A stretch of 64,000 nt of DNA. Origin: an uncultured Micavibrio sp. Its GTDB lineage: Bacteria > Pseudomonadota > Alphaproteobacteria > Micavibrionales > UBA1664. Position 1 is the stretch's first letter; each line of letters begins with the position of its first letter. The stretch is taken from contig CAZHEE010000002.1 of the NCBI GenBank assembly GCA_964531715.1, forward strand, positions 97,676-161,675, in the 5' to 3' direction. Position numbers and translations under genes: made by a program. Shown piece by piece: positions 47,794-56,043 of the stretch. The notes under the pieces were generated by a model. It was not told the origin of the DNA. It ran no database searches and saw only the letters and a program-made list of their open reading frames with translations.

Positions 47794-48448
47794 AATCAAA
47801 AAACCGATTATACCAAACACTATTTATGGTCATCTTGCCATCTTAAAACTGTGTCAGATTGCAGGATATGATTATTATCTAGGAGATGCCGCAAAAAGAA
47901 CATTAATTGTCTTAGCGGGCTTTAGCGGCACTGATGGTATGTGCTATCCCTCTATATCTCAAATTGCAAAAAATTTAGGTGTTTCTCGTGCAGCAGTGCA
48001 TAGACAAATCAATATTCTAGTGAAACAAAACTATTTGAAAGCAGAAGGACGCTATTGTCCAAAAACAAAAAGAAGAAAAACCAATATATTTATCTTTAAC
48101 ACTGATTTGGCGAGACAGTATTCTTCATATCCTGAAATATTTTGTGAGAGTAATGTAACCTCTGTGGTTACATTCCTTGTAGCCGTATTATATTACATGG
48201 ATTGTTACCCCGATATGTTACAGGGGCATGAAACCTCAAAGAGTTACACAAATAAAACAGATAAAATAAAACAAAATAAAGAAACCAACTTGAATAAAAC
48301 AGATGATTTGCTTGTCGGGAGGAAAAAGTTGCACGCATACGCATGGGAAAAACAAAAATCTCGTCAAGAGGAGAGTAATGTAAGCGATGAAATGAAAAAT
48401 AGCTTTAAAGATTTAGACTATGAATTATCCAGTCATTTTAAATTCTAA
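47783..48448 (+). CDS. Winged-helix DNA-binding protein (possible island replication/regulation protein)
   Basis: 221 aa. HTH-like SISQIAKNLGVSRAAVHRQINILVKQNYLK. GTG start overlapping alpA. Confidence 0.45.
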   Translation: MPIEIKKPIIPNTIYGHLAILKLCQIAGYDYYLGDAAKRTLIVLAGFSGTDGMCYPSISQIAKNLGVSRAAVHRQINILVKQNYLKAEGRYCPKTKRRKTNIFIFNTDLARQYSSYPEIFCESNVTSVVTFLVAVLYYMDCYPDMLQGHETSKSYTNKTDKIKQNKETNLNKTDDLLVGRKKLHAYAWEKQKSRQEESNVSDEMKNSFKDLDYELSSHFKF

Positions 48449-48567
48449 ACAACTTGTAGAATTCTCGTTATCGATGAGGCGTGACACTAAAACTATGAAT
48501 GAAAAAGATGCAATTGAATATTGCGTACAAAAATATCAGGAAAAATTAGAACAAGAAATTAAGAAAC

Positions 48568-49176
48568 GTGTGGATACATGAACTTTTTTATTCAGAATTA
48601 CCACATTATTTCGGTAAAAAAATGCAGTTAGTGACACACAGCAGTAAATATGGATATCGCCGTATGACGGTTGAGGATCTGGATTGTATCACTGTCGCAG
48701 ACTGCAAAAAAGGTTACTGTAATATTTTGTCCGGCCATCAGCGCATTTTAATATCAAAACCATCGTTATTTTCAGATGCACTGTTTATAACATTACAAAC
48801 ACAGAATTTCGACTATTTGCAGTCGATTTACCTTGAAGAGACAAAACAGCCTTTTGGTGGATCACGGCTATGGCTAAAATGCCCTGATTGCGACAGACGA
48901 TGTAACAAGCTTTATTGGCATCAATCACTATTCAGTTGCCGTGTTTGTCTTGGTTTATCTTACCGAAGCCGCCAGAGTTCATTTTTGAATTATCAGGAAC
49001 ACAAAGCTTTGAAAATTGAGCATTGGCTCGGTGAATTTTGCCACTACATGACACGCCCATTATCGGAACAAATACCATCACGGCCTAAATATATGCGTAA
49101 AAATACATATCAGAGATTGATTGTCGAACTGAATGATTGCAAATCTGGGATACAGAGCAGAAATGCCCTAATCTAG
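48568..49176 (+). CDS. Hypothetical zinc-ribbon protein
   Basis: 202 aa. CPDCDRRCNKLYWHQSLFSCRVCLGLSYRS (CxxC-N17-CxxC). Start codon uncertain. Confidence 0.45.
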   Translation: MWIHELFYSELPHYFGKKMQLVTHSSKYGYRRMTVEDLDCITVADCKKGYCNILSGHQRILISKPSLFSDALFITLQTQNFDYLQSIYLEETKQPFGGSRLWLKCPDCDRRCNKLYWHQSLFSCRVCLGLSYRSRQSSFLNYQEHKALKIEHWLGEFCHYMTRPLSEQIPSRPKYMRKNTYQRLIVELNDCKSGIQSRNALI

Positions 49177-49575
49177 TTTTGGTAAATCATCAATTCCACG
49201 ATTGCGTAAATATTTATTCATCATCAATTCAGTATCATTTGTTTCATCACTGCCATAATCTAGATCCGGAAAACGGCACATAGCCATTCGCTGGTATTTA
49301 GAACAATTTGTTTCAATAGATATGTCTGTAACATCATTTTCTTTGCAATAAACAGGCTCTATACATCTGATATCTATTCCTTCTAGTGCAAGATTTTCCC
49401 TAAAATATTTCTCAAATGTTTTAATATCCAAAGTGTTTTGAGGCTCGATGCTTTGTTTCTCTTTAAAAACAAGGAAATAATAATCGACAATAAACTGGGG
49501 ATTAAAACTGTAACGCTTAGCTAATTTTCGTGATCTTACTTGCCCTACAAATATATTATAAATTAATCTAATCAT
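49168..49575 (-). CDS. Hypothetical soluble protein (downstream gene of the two-gene cassette)
   Basis: 135 aa. The ATG overlaps the upstream gene's stop (ATGATTAG). RBS AAAGG. Confidence 0.5.
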   Translation of the reverse strand: MIRLIYNIFVGQVRSRKLAKRYSFNPQFIVDYYFLVFKEKQSIEPQNTLDIKTFEKYFRENLALEGIDIRCIEPVYCKENDVTDISIETNCSKYQRMAMCRFPDLDYGSDETNDTELMMNKYLRNRGIDDLPKLD

Positions 49576-49963
49576 GATTACCTTTCTTAAATATTAGAAT
49601 TTCTTTTTTGATGCTAAAAACAATGTGACTGACTATGACAACAGAAAAAATGCGATAAATATACACCCATGCTGGAACATTTTGACCAGATACTTCTAGT
49701 TGCCATGGATTTATTAGAGTATAAGTCAAAATGACGGTCACCAAAGATGCCACTGGATACGTTATTTTAGAAAAGTGTTTATATGTTTTTCCCAATATCC
49801 CAAGCAGTAAGCCTGTTATAAATATAGAAGGATCTAAGATAAAAGCAAAAATGCTGCCCATCATTACAGCTGCCGCATGCTTATCAACAAAAAATATTAC
49901 AAATGAAAATATAACAATTAATGGAAAAAATAGCAAATGAGGTCTCTTAAAATTCTTTAGCAT
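49568..49963 (-). CDS. Hypothetical small polytopic membrane protein (upstream gene of the cassette)
   Basis: 132 aa from the ATG at 49963 (MLKNFKRPHLLFFPLIVIF...), preceded by the RBS TAAGGAG. Several hydrophobic segments. Confidence 0.55.
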   Translation of the reverse strand: MLKNFKRPHLLFFPLIVIFSFVIFFVDKHAAAVMMGSIFAFILDPSIFITGLLLGILGKTYKHFSKITYPVASLVTVILTYTLINPWQLEVSGQNVPAWVYIYRIFSVVIVSHIVFSIKKEILIFKKGNHD

Positions 49964-49990
49964 GGTCTTTTTTCTCCTTATAATTAATAC

Positions 49991-50160
49991 GGCTACCAGA
50001 TAACTCTGGCAGCCGGGGAGTTTAGAACCATCACGTGAATGGCGTGACGTATTGACGCCATGCGCTTTTATATTTCGCCACCTCCCCGACCATAAGTCGA
50101 GAGGCAACACAGATAACGGCAGTGTCTAGAATGCCGCACGTGAAGGGTTCTAATGCCCTA
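49991..50160 (-). other. G+C-richer structured non-coding region (candidate leader RNA or recombination/binding site)
   Basis: 10-bp hairpin at 49991..50014. Hairpin ATGGCGT/ACGCCAT at 50039..50061. Long-range TAGAACC..CACGTG / CACGTG..GGTTCTA pairing. GGGGAG/CTCCCC pairing. Direct repeats CAGATAAC(N)GGCAG. Confidence 0.4.
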
Positions 50161-50263
50161 GATACGAAATCACCGCATCTATTCAGATAATCGCTTTGTG
50201 AAATCTTTAAGTCAACCTAAATTAAGCATATTAAATTAATTTGGTTTAAAACAATATACGTAA

Positions 50264-50404
50264 CATCAACCGCCTGAATTTCTAAATGCCGTTCGTCAAA
50301 ATTTAGGACATTCATCTATTGATACGACGCTATCCAGTTATGGGCGATTATCTTCGTATGACCAGCGCAGGATTATCGCCGAAAACAAAGGGCAATTCGC
50401 TTGA
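50264..50404 (+). pseudogene. C-terminal remnant of a second tyrosine recombinase
   Basis: Translates to ...NAVRQNLGHSSIDTTLSSYGRLSSYDQRRIIAENKGQFA*. LGHSSIDTT..Y is the box II / catalytic Tyr region. No upstream catalytic domain is present. Confidence 0.65.
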
Positions 50405-50653
50405 TCGCATGGGAGGGGCAATTTAACCGATGCCCCTATTCCACAAAAAATACAAACATGTCACCATAACATCATCAAATATCAAAATAATAGAATCCTA
50501 TGACCGAAGAACAAAAACAACGCCTTGACCGCAATATAAATTTGTAAGTTTTATCTATGAAAACATTACTGCTTAAAAATCGGAAAGCATGCTGTAAAAT
50601 AAAAGCCGCATCATTAACTATTTCTTTAATGTTTACATATTATATTACTTTTT

Positions 50654-51229
50654 ATGGAGGAATATTACACACAAAAAGACATTGCGGATCAGTGGCAAAA
50701 AATATCGGATGAAGCGATAAAGAAAGCCGGTGAAAGCAAAAGCGATTTTCGTGCCGATGCAGTTTATATAGGAGGTATGACGGTCATTGGGGGCGGGTTG
50801 ATTGCCACCTTAAATGGTGGTCAATTATCATCTCTGTTTCTTGCGGCGGCGGCATTGACTGGTGTTTTATATTCTCATGTAAAACATACATATAAGAAAA
50901 AATATTATGAGGCATTTGCCTCTCATGCATTGGATCAAAAAGATAATAGCATTATTTTGCAATCAGATAATCCATTGACACTTCCAAGATTTGATAAGGA
51001 AAACAAAGAATTTGGAATAAACTATAAACATCTTACAAGCGGTTTAAAAAGTATTTTCAGCCTTAGAACAGTAATTGTCGCGGCAGTGGTTGGCACATCG
51101 GTTATGGCATATATGCATCCAGATAAAGAGCAACCAGATATATTACGACCAGAAGAAAAGGAAACCAATGCTACCCAAGGATCCTTTTCGGCACCGAAGA
51201 CATCTCTGCGTCCTGTCCCTCATCCATAG
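50654..51229 (+). CDS. Hypothetical membrane protein
   Basis: 191 aa. Two central hydrophobic helices (GGMTVIGGGLIATL..LFLAAAALTGVLY) and a third near residue 145. Confidence 0.4.
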   Translation: MEEYYTQKDIADQWQKISDEAIKKAGESKSDFRADAVYIGGMTVIGGGLIATLNGGQLSSLFLAAAALTGVLYSHVKHTYKKKYYEAFASHALDQKDNSIILQSDNPLTLPRFDKENKEFGINYKHLTSGLKSIFSLRTVIVAAVVGTSVMAYMHPDKEQPDILRPEEKETNATQGSFSAPKTSLRPVPHP

Positions 51230-51413
51230 AAACAGTATTTTCAAACCAATCGATAATGGATGGAATATTTTTACCGACATAAGCACATCCGCCAACAAAG
51301 ACTGCCGCTATTGCAATAATAGCCAGAAATTCTTTGACCTGCATATGGGGCACACCATCATCTTTGAGACGGTCATTAAAAGCATCTTTTGCCTTATTGA
51401 TAAAACTTTGCAT
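51171..51413 (-). CDS. Hypothetical single-pass membrane protein
   Basis: 80 aa with one TM (FLAIIAIAAVFVGGCAYV). Convergent with, and overlapping, the 3' end of 50654..51229. Confidence 0.3.
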   Translation of the reverse strand: MQSFINKAKDAFNDRLKDDGVPHMQVKEFLAIIAIAAVFVGGCAYVGKNIPSIIDWFENTVSMDEGQDAEMSSVPKRILG

Positions 51414-51549
51414 GATGTTTTATCCTATATAATATGAAAAAAGTCAACCTTTTCTAATAGAGTGTCAGTAAAAATTGAGTGCATAAAACATAATTAATTC
51501 TTATAAGTAAAAGTAGTTTGCATTATCTATCATAAAAAGGATTTATAAA

Positions 51550-51819
51550 ATGAATGAAATACCAGAAATGATTAGCCGCAATGGCGACCCTATTGAAATA
51601 GCTGAAATGAAAAATTTCTTTAACTACGCAATAAAAGAAAGGGTAAACCAATATATCACGGAAATATTTTACGATTCAAAAAGCAATCTTTGTGAAGTAA
51701 AACTTTCTGAATTGGTTGTTTATGGCGACCCTATCTATCAAAAAATTCATAGTCTTGCAAAAGTTACGATCAAACAATTCAGTATTTTAGACCAAATTGA
51801 CCATTCTGTATTTTCTTGA
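51550..51819 (+). CDS. Hypothetical protein
   Basis: 89-aa ORF with RBS AAAGGA upstream. No motif recognised. Confidence 0.35.
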   Translation: MNEIPEMISRNGDPIEIAEMKNFFNYAIKERVNQYITEIFYDSKSNLCEVKLSELVVYGDPIYQKIHSLAKVTIKQFSILDQIDHSVFS

Positions 51820-51829
51820 TACGTCAATA

Positions 51830-54800
51830 TCACTTTGGTAAAAAGTCTATTTTGTCTATCTCTTGCATTACGCTTGCGGTGTCGCGGAGGGCGATTACTA
51901 TGCGTTGGTAGTGCATAATGTCATCAACCGATAGATTGCGCCCTTTGCGGTCTTTGAGCCATTTTTGCGCGGGTTGGTATCCACCGATATAAAAGTCCCA
52001 TGCACCTTGTGGCACTTCGCCGAAATATTGGGTTTCGTTGATATAGACTTTGCCGTCTTCATATCGTGGCTTGACAACCTCGTGATCGCCATCAATGGGA
52101 TAGGTTGTGATGGGTATATCTAGCGCGGATGATTCCATCAAATGCAGGGCACGAAGTTTTGCCCCTTGCTCAACCAGCGCATTATAACTTTTAACATCAT
52201 TAGGAAACGGAATACGCGGAAAGTCCGATTTTAAAAATTCGGCATAGCGTGCGCGGTATGCAGACGCATGAAGCACAGCATAAATATAATCAAACAGGCT
52301 TTCCGGCGTCACATCGGGTATGGCCATTTTAATCTTGGCGTATATTTTTGGATCGAAATTCGGAACTTTCTGCTCTACCCCATCCATGAGTAATTCATAG
52401 CGATAGAGGGGGAAAGTACAACTAATTTCAGATGTTCTGTTTGAAACAAGTGAACTTTCAACAATTCCCTTATGAATAAAAACATGGTGAAAATCCGATG
52501 ATTTTTGCTGTTTGGAGACGTTCAATCCGATATTGCCCTTATTTAGCATATGCTTCATTACTTCGCCTCTAGGCATACAATGAAACCCTTTTGATTTGCC
52601 TGTGAAATAAGTCCACTTATTATCAAATGGTCTATATGCAATTTTTTGAATATTTTCTGGATCAAGATTTGTATCTTTTAGTTCTTTTTGTGCTAAATCT
52701 ACTTTCCAATCACGGGCATCTTTACCCAAACTATATTTGGCTCTTGCATCCTCAACAGGCAAAGAAGAAAAATCATGAATAGTATTTAATAAACTTTCTT
52801 TTGTTTCGTAAATTGTAAATTTGTCACGCGCGGTTACAATGCCGACAGAATTACACGGGAACATTTTATCGAGAGAAAAACCTTTCTCATATTCGGCCAG
52901 AGTTTTAAAATCCTTGGGAACCATAAAATATTGAGGGTTTGCGGGGTTTAATACGTTCCATTTTATGTTTTGGATATTTGTTTTTTCCAATTCGTTATAT
53001 TTAGATTGACGATGACCCCACACATCAACATGGTGAATGATTGCCAAATCCTTACTTTTTTTATCGCTTTTGACCGCAATCATAATTGCAACACCAGCTT
53101 GAATATCAAAAATATTTTGATCAATGTCGCCCGATGGCGTAGTCTCTTTCTTTTTAGAATTACCATGAAGGTCGATGATATAAATATCATCAAAAGTATT
53201 CATTAAATGCCAACGCATCCCACGGAATGTTGGATTATCTAAATATGAATGGCTTGTAATATAAGCCAAAACGCCTTCGCCATTTTTTTCGACGTAATGC
53301 TCGCCCATGCGAATAAATTTGGCGTAATCATCATTAAGCCATTTGGAATTTTTCTCCTGTAACTTAATTTTTCCACCAGGCTCTTTCTTATAATCATCCA
53401 TAAGGGACATAATCCAATCACCCTTGTTTGAGCTTTCACCACTATAAGGCGGATTCCCAAATGCTACCATGATCGGCATATCGCGTTTGATACGGCTGGC
53501 CTCGTTTGCTTCCCTTGATAACCATGATGCGAATAATGTATCGGCATCGGGGTGGTGTTCCTCCAGCGCGTTTGTCAGATACACGCCAACCCTTGGTGGA
53601 TTGTTCGGGTTGGATGGTTTATATCCTGTTTCCTGTAGCAATAAATCCAATTTCATGTGGCACATGGCGTAGGAGGCCATGAGTAATTCAAAACCGTGCA
53701 GACGTGGCAACAAGTCGTTTTCGACGTAACTGCTCCATATACCTTGTTGTCCTTGATATTTTTGCCAGATTTGTTTCACGGCCTCCGCCATGAATGTGCC
53801 TGTCCCCGTTGCAACGTCCAGTAATTGCACCTTGTGGACTTCTATTTCATCCTTAATCTTTCCCTTTTTACCAACGCGGTCAGATTCGACCTTGATTTTG
53901 ATTTTGGATTTATCGGCAATGCCGTTTGGTAAATCGAAATGGATTTTTAAAACATCATCAATGGCGCGAACAATGAAATTAACGACTGGTTCGGGCGTGT
54001 ACCAAACCCGCGTGCCTTACGCAAGGATTTATCGTATTCGGCCAAGAATGTTTCATAGAAATGCAGGATAGGGTCATTCTGCCCCGTTGCCGTTCCAAAA
54101 TCCTTTAATACCGCATCCAAATCGGAAAATAAGAAGACTTCGCATAGTGCATCAACAATCCAAACGACTCGTTCATCCAATTCCGACCCTGCCACGTATA
54201 AAAATAGCTGGCGTAAGAATGGGTTTGATTTTGGGATGAGTAGTAACGCTTCGCTTCGTGAGAAATTATCGGGCGTTGTATCGTGCAGGCGTGCCGTGAA
54301 CAAGCCATAGGCGATTGTTTGGGCATAGACATCGGCAAATTGCTCTTCGTCCATGTCATGCACAAGGATATTTTGAAATGCCTTTAATTGATCTTTTAAT
54401 GAACTATCCGCTTCATCCGTTAAAACCAGCATAAAGACATGTTTCATCAATTTGGCCTTTTGCGCCATCATGGATGCCAGTTTCTTTGCCGATTTAATTG
54501 TTTGCCCTTGGAATGATGCAAAATCGATTAAGAGTGTTTTAAGGCGGTCATAGTTTTCAGGGATGGGTTGGATGGTATCGCCAACAATTTCGGCAATTTG
54601 AACCACCTCAACTTTTTTCACCATGAAGGTAAAAGCGAAATTCTAAATAATCGGTCAGGACAAGGTTATCGAGTGACTCAAGGTATCGTTTTAATTGATC
54701 CGTTTTTTCAGTTTTGGATAGGTCAATGCCAACATCCTTGGCCTCCAAATACCCAACATCAATTTTACGCCTGTGCAGGATAAAATCAGGCGCACCACAT

Positions 54801-54946
54801 TTTATATGCGCTGGATCATTAATTGCCGTTACATCGTCCAATAATTCCTCTAATAGGGTTTTTAACGCAGGCCGATAGGCGTGTTCACGCGCTATGCCGG
54901 TTTTGAATTGTTTTTGAACATCCTCAATGTATCTTTGTATCGGCAT
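51830..54946 (-). pseudogene. Single-chain Type IIG-like restriction-modification enzyme (PD-ExK nuclease + N6-adenine methyltransferase + C-terminal specificity domain), disrupted by two frameshifts
   Basis: Three consecutive ORFs: 54946..54608, 54624..53947 and 53830..51830. N-terminal nuclease motif APDF...YLEAKD. MTase motif I LLDVATGTGTF and motif IV FGNPPYSGES. C-terminal GGYQPAQKWLKDRKGR block. Frame breaks at the T6 run 54613..54618 and the C3 run 54007..54009. Confidence 0.75.
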
Positions 54947-55128
54947 ATAATCTTGTCTTTATAACTGTCGTTGGATATATTCACCTTATATCGGACAATC
55001 AGATATGTCGATTCTGATGCTCGTTTTACTCATAAAAATATCAAATAGGGGCACAATTGGGGGTATAAAAATAAAAGAACCGATAGTAAATGTAATAATA
55101 TCAGCATGATACTTCAATTAACCAGTAG

Positions 55129-55147
55129 CAGTACAACCCACCATTTT
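55129..55147 (+). repeat. attR: 19-bp direct repeat CAGTACAACCCACCATTTT
   Basis: Identical to 45430..45448. It is preceded by a degenerate T-arm-like stretch (CTTCAATTAACCAGTAG). Confidence 0.85.
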
Positions 55148-55158
55148 TAATTAACACG

Positions 55159-55896
55159 ATGACAATTTCTCATATTCAAGGACCGAACGGAACGCTAGCC
55201 TATAGCTACAGTGAAGGGGATAAACGCCTTCCGTCTATCATTTTTTTATGCGGTTTTAAGTCTGATATGATGGGTAGCAAGGCGCAATGGCTCCATGAAT
55301 ATTGCGCTAATAATAACCGAACATATCTGAGATTTGACTATTTCGCTCATGGGCAATCAGAAGGAAATTTTAAAGATTTTACGATCGGTAAAGGTTTGGC
55401 AGATACTTTATTTATGATTGAAAATTTTATCGATCAGCCCGCTATCCTTATCGGCTCCTCCATGGGCGGTTGGATTGGGCTTCGTGCCGTCCAACTCATA
55501 CCGCATCTCATTCACGGTTTTATCGGTATAGCGGCGGCGCCTGATTTTACCCGAAAAATCTATAACTCTCTTGATGATGGGCATTTAGCTCAACTGGCTG
55601 AGCATGGTTATATTAAGGAAGATAGTGGCTATGATGAGCCTTATATCTTCACTCGCGCTTTATTTGAAGATGGTGAAAATCATTGTTTGCTTGATAAGAA
55701 GATTGAGTATGATGGATATGTACATTTGCTTCAGGGAAAGCAAGATAGCTCCGTTCACTATGATACTCCAGGTTTAATTAATCATTGCTTTGATGGACGT
55801 GCGAAAATCACACTTATACATGACGGTGACCATAGTTTATCCAGGCCGCAAGATCTGGACGTTCTAAAACAAGCGATTGAAGAAATGACGTCTTGA
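55159..55896 (+). CDS. Alpha/beta-fold hydrolase
   Basis: 245 aa. Nucleophile elbow GSSMGGW and C-terminal DGDHS. Confidence 0.7.
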   Translation: MTISHIQGPNGTLAYSYSEGDKRLPSIIFLCGFKSDMMGSKAQWLHEYCANNNRTYLRFDYFAHGQSEGNFKDFTIGKGLADTLFMIENFIDQPAILIGSSMGGWIGLRAVQLIPHLIHGFIGIAAAPDFTRKIYNSLDDGHLAQLAEHGYIKEDSGYDEPYIFTRALFEDGENHCLLDKKIEYDGYVHLLQGKQDSSVHYDTPGLINHCFDGRAKITLIHDGDHSLSRPQDLDVLKQAIEEMTS

Positions 55897-55936
55897 CTTC
55901 ATATAGGTAATTCACGATAACTTGTGATGTTTTTGA

Positions 55937-56026
55937 GGAGGGGTGGCCGAGTGGCTTAAGGCGCACGCTTGGAAAGCGTGTTTAGGGTCAAACCTAACGT
56001 GGGTTCGAATCCCATCCCCTCCGCCA
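55937..56026 (+). tRNA. tRNA-Ser (anticodon GGA)
   Basis: 90 nt. Acceptor GGAGGGG/CCCCTCC, anticodon stem CACGC/GCGTG, loop TTGGAAA, long variable arm, encoded CCA. Confidence 0.9.
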
Positions 56027-56043
56027 TATTCTAACTTTAAAGT

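Larger units (their letters stand above)
45445..55147 (+). mobile_element. tRNA-Val-associated integrative genomic island (about 9.7 kb)
   Basis: Bounded by 19-bp direct repeats. The integrase gene is immediately next to the tRNA. The content is AT-rich with unknown cargo, and core-like genes resume at 55159. Confidence 0.8.

Noticed and set aside
53790-54071. Plus-strand 93-aa ORF spanning the gap between two RM fragments.
   Set aside because: The minus strand across this gap translates, after a 1-nt frame correction, into the conserved GVWYTPEPVVNFIVRAIDDVL methyltransferase segment. The plus-strand ORF is therefore an artefact.
45445-55147. Whether the tRNA-Val island is a prophage.
   Set aside because: I see no capsid, portal, terminase, tail or lysis gene signatures, and 9.7 kb is too small. 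I call it an integrative island instead.
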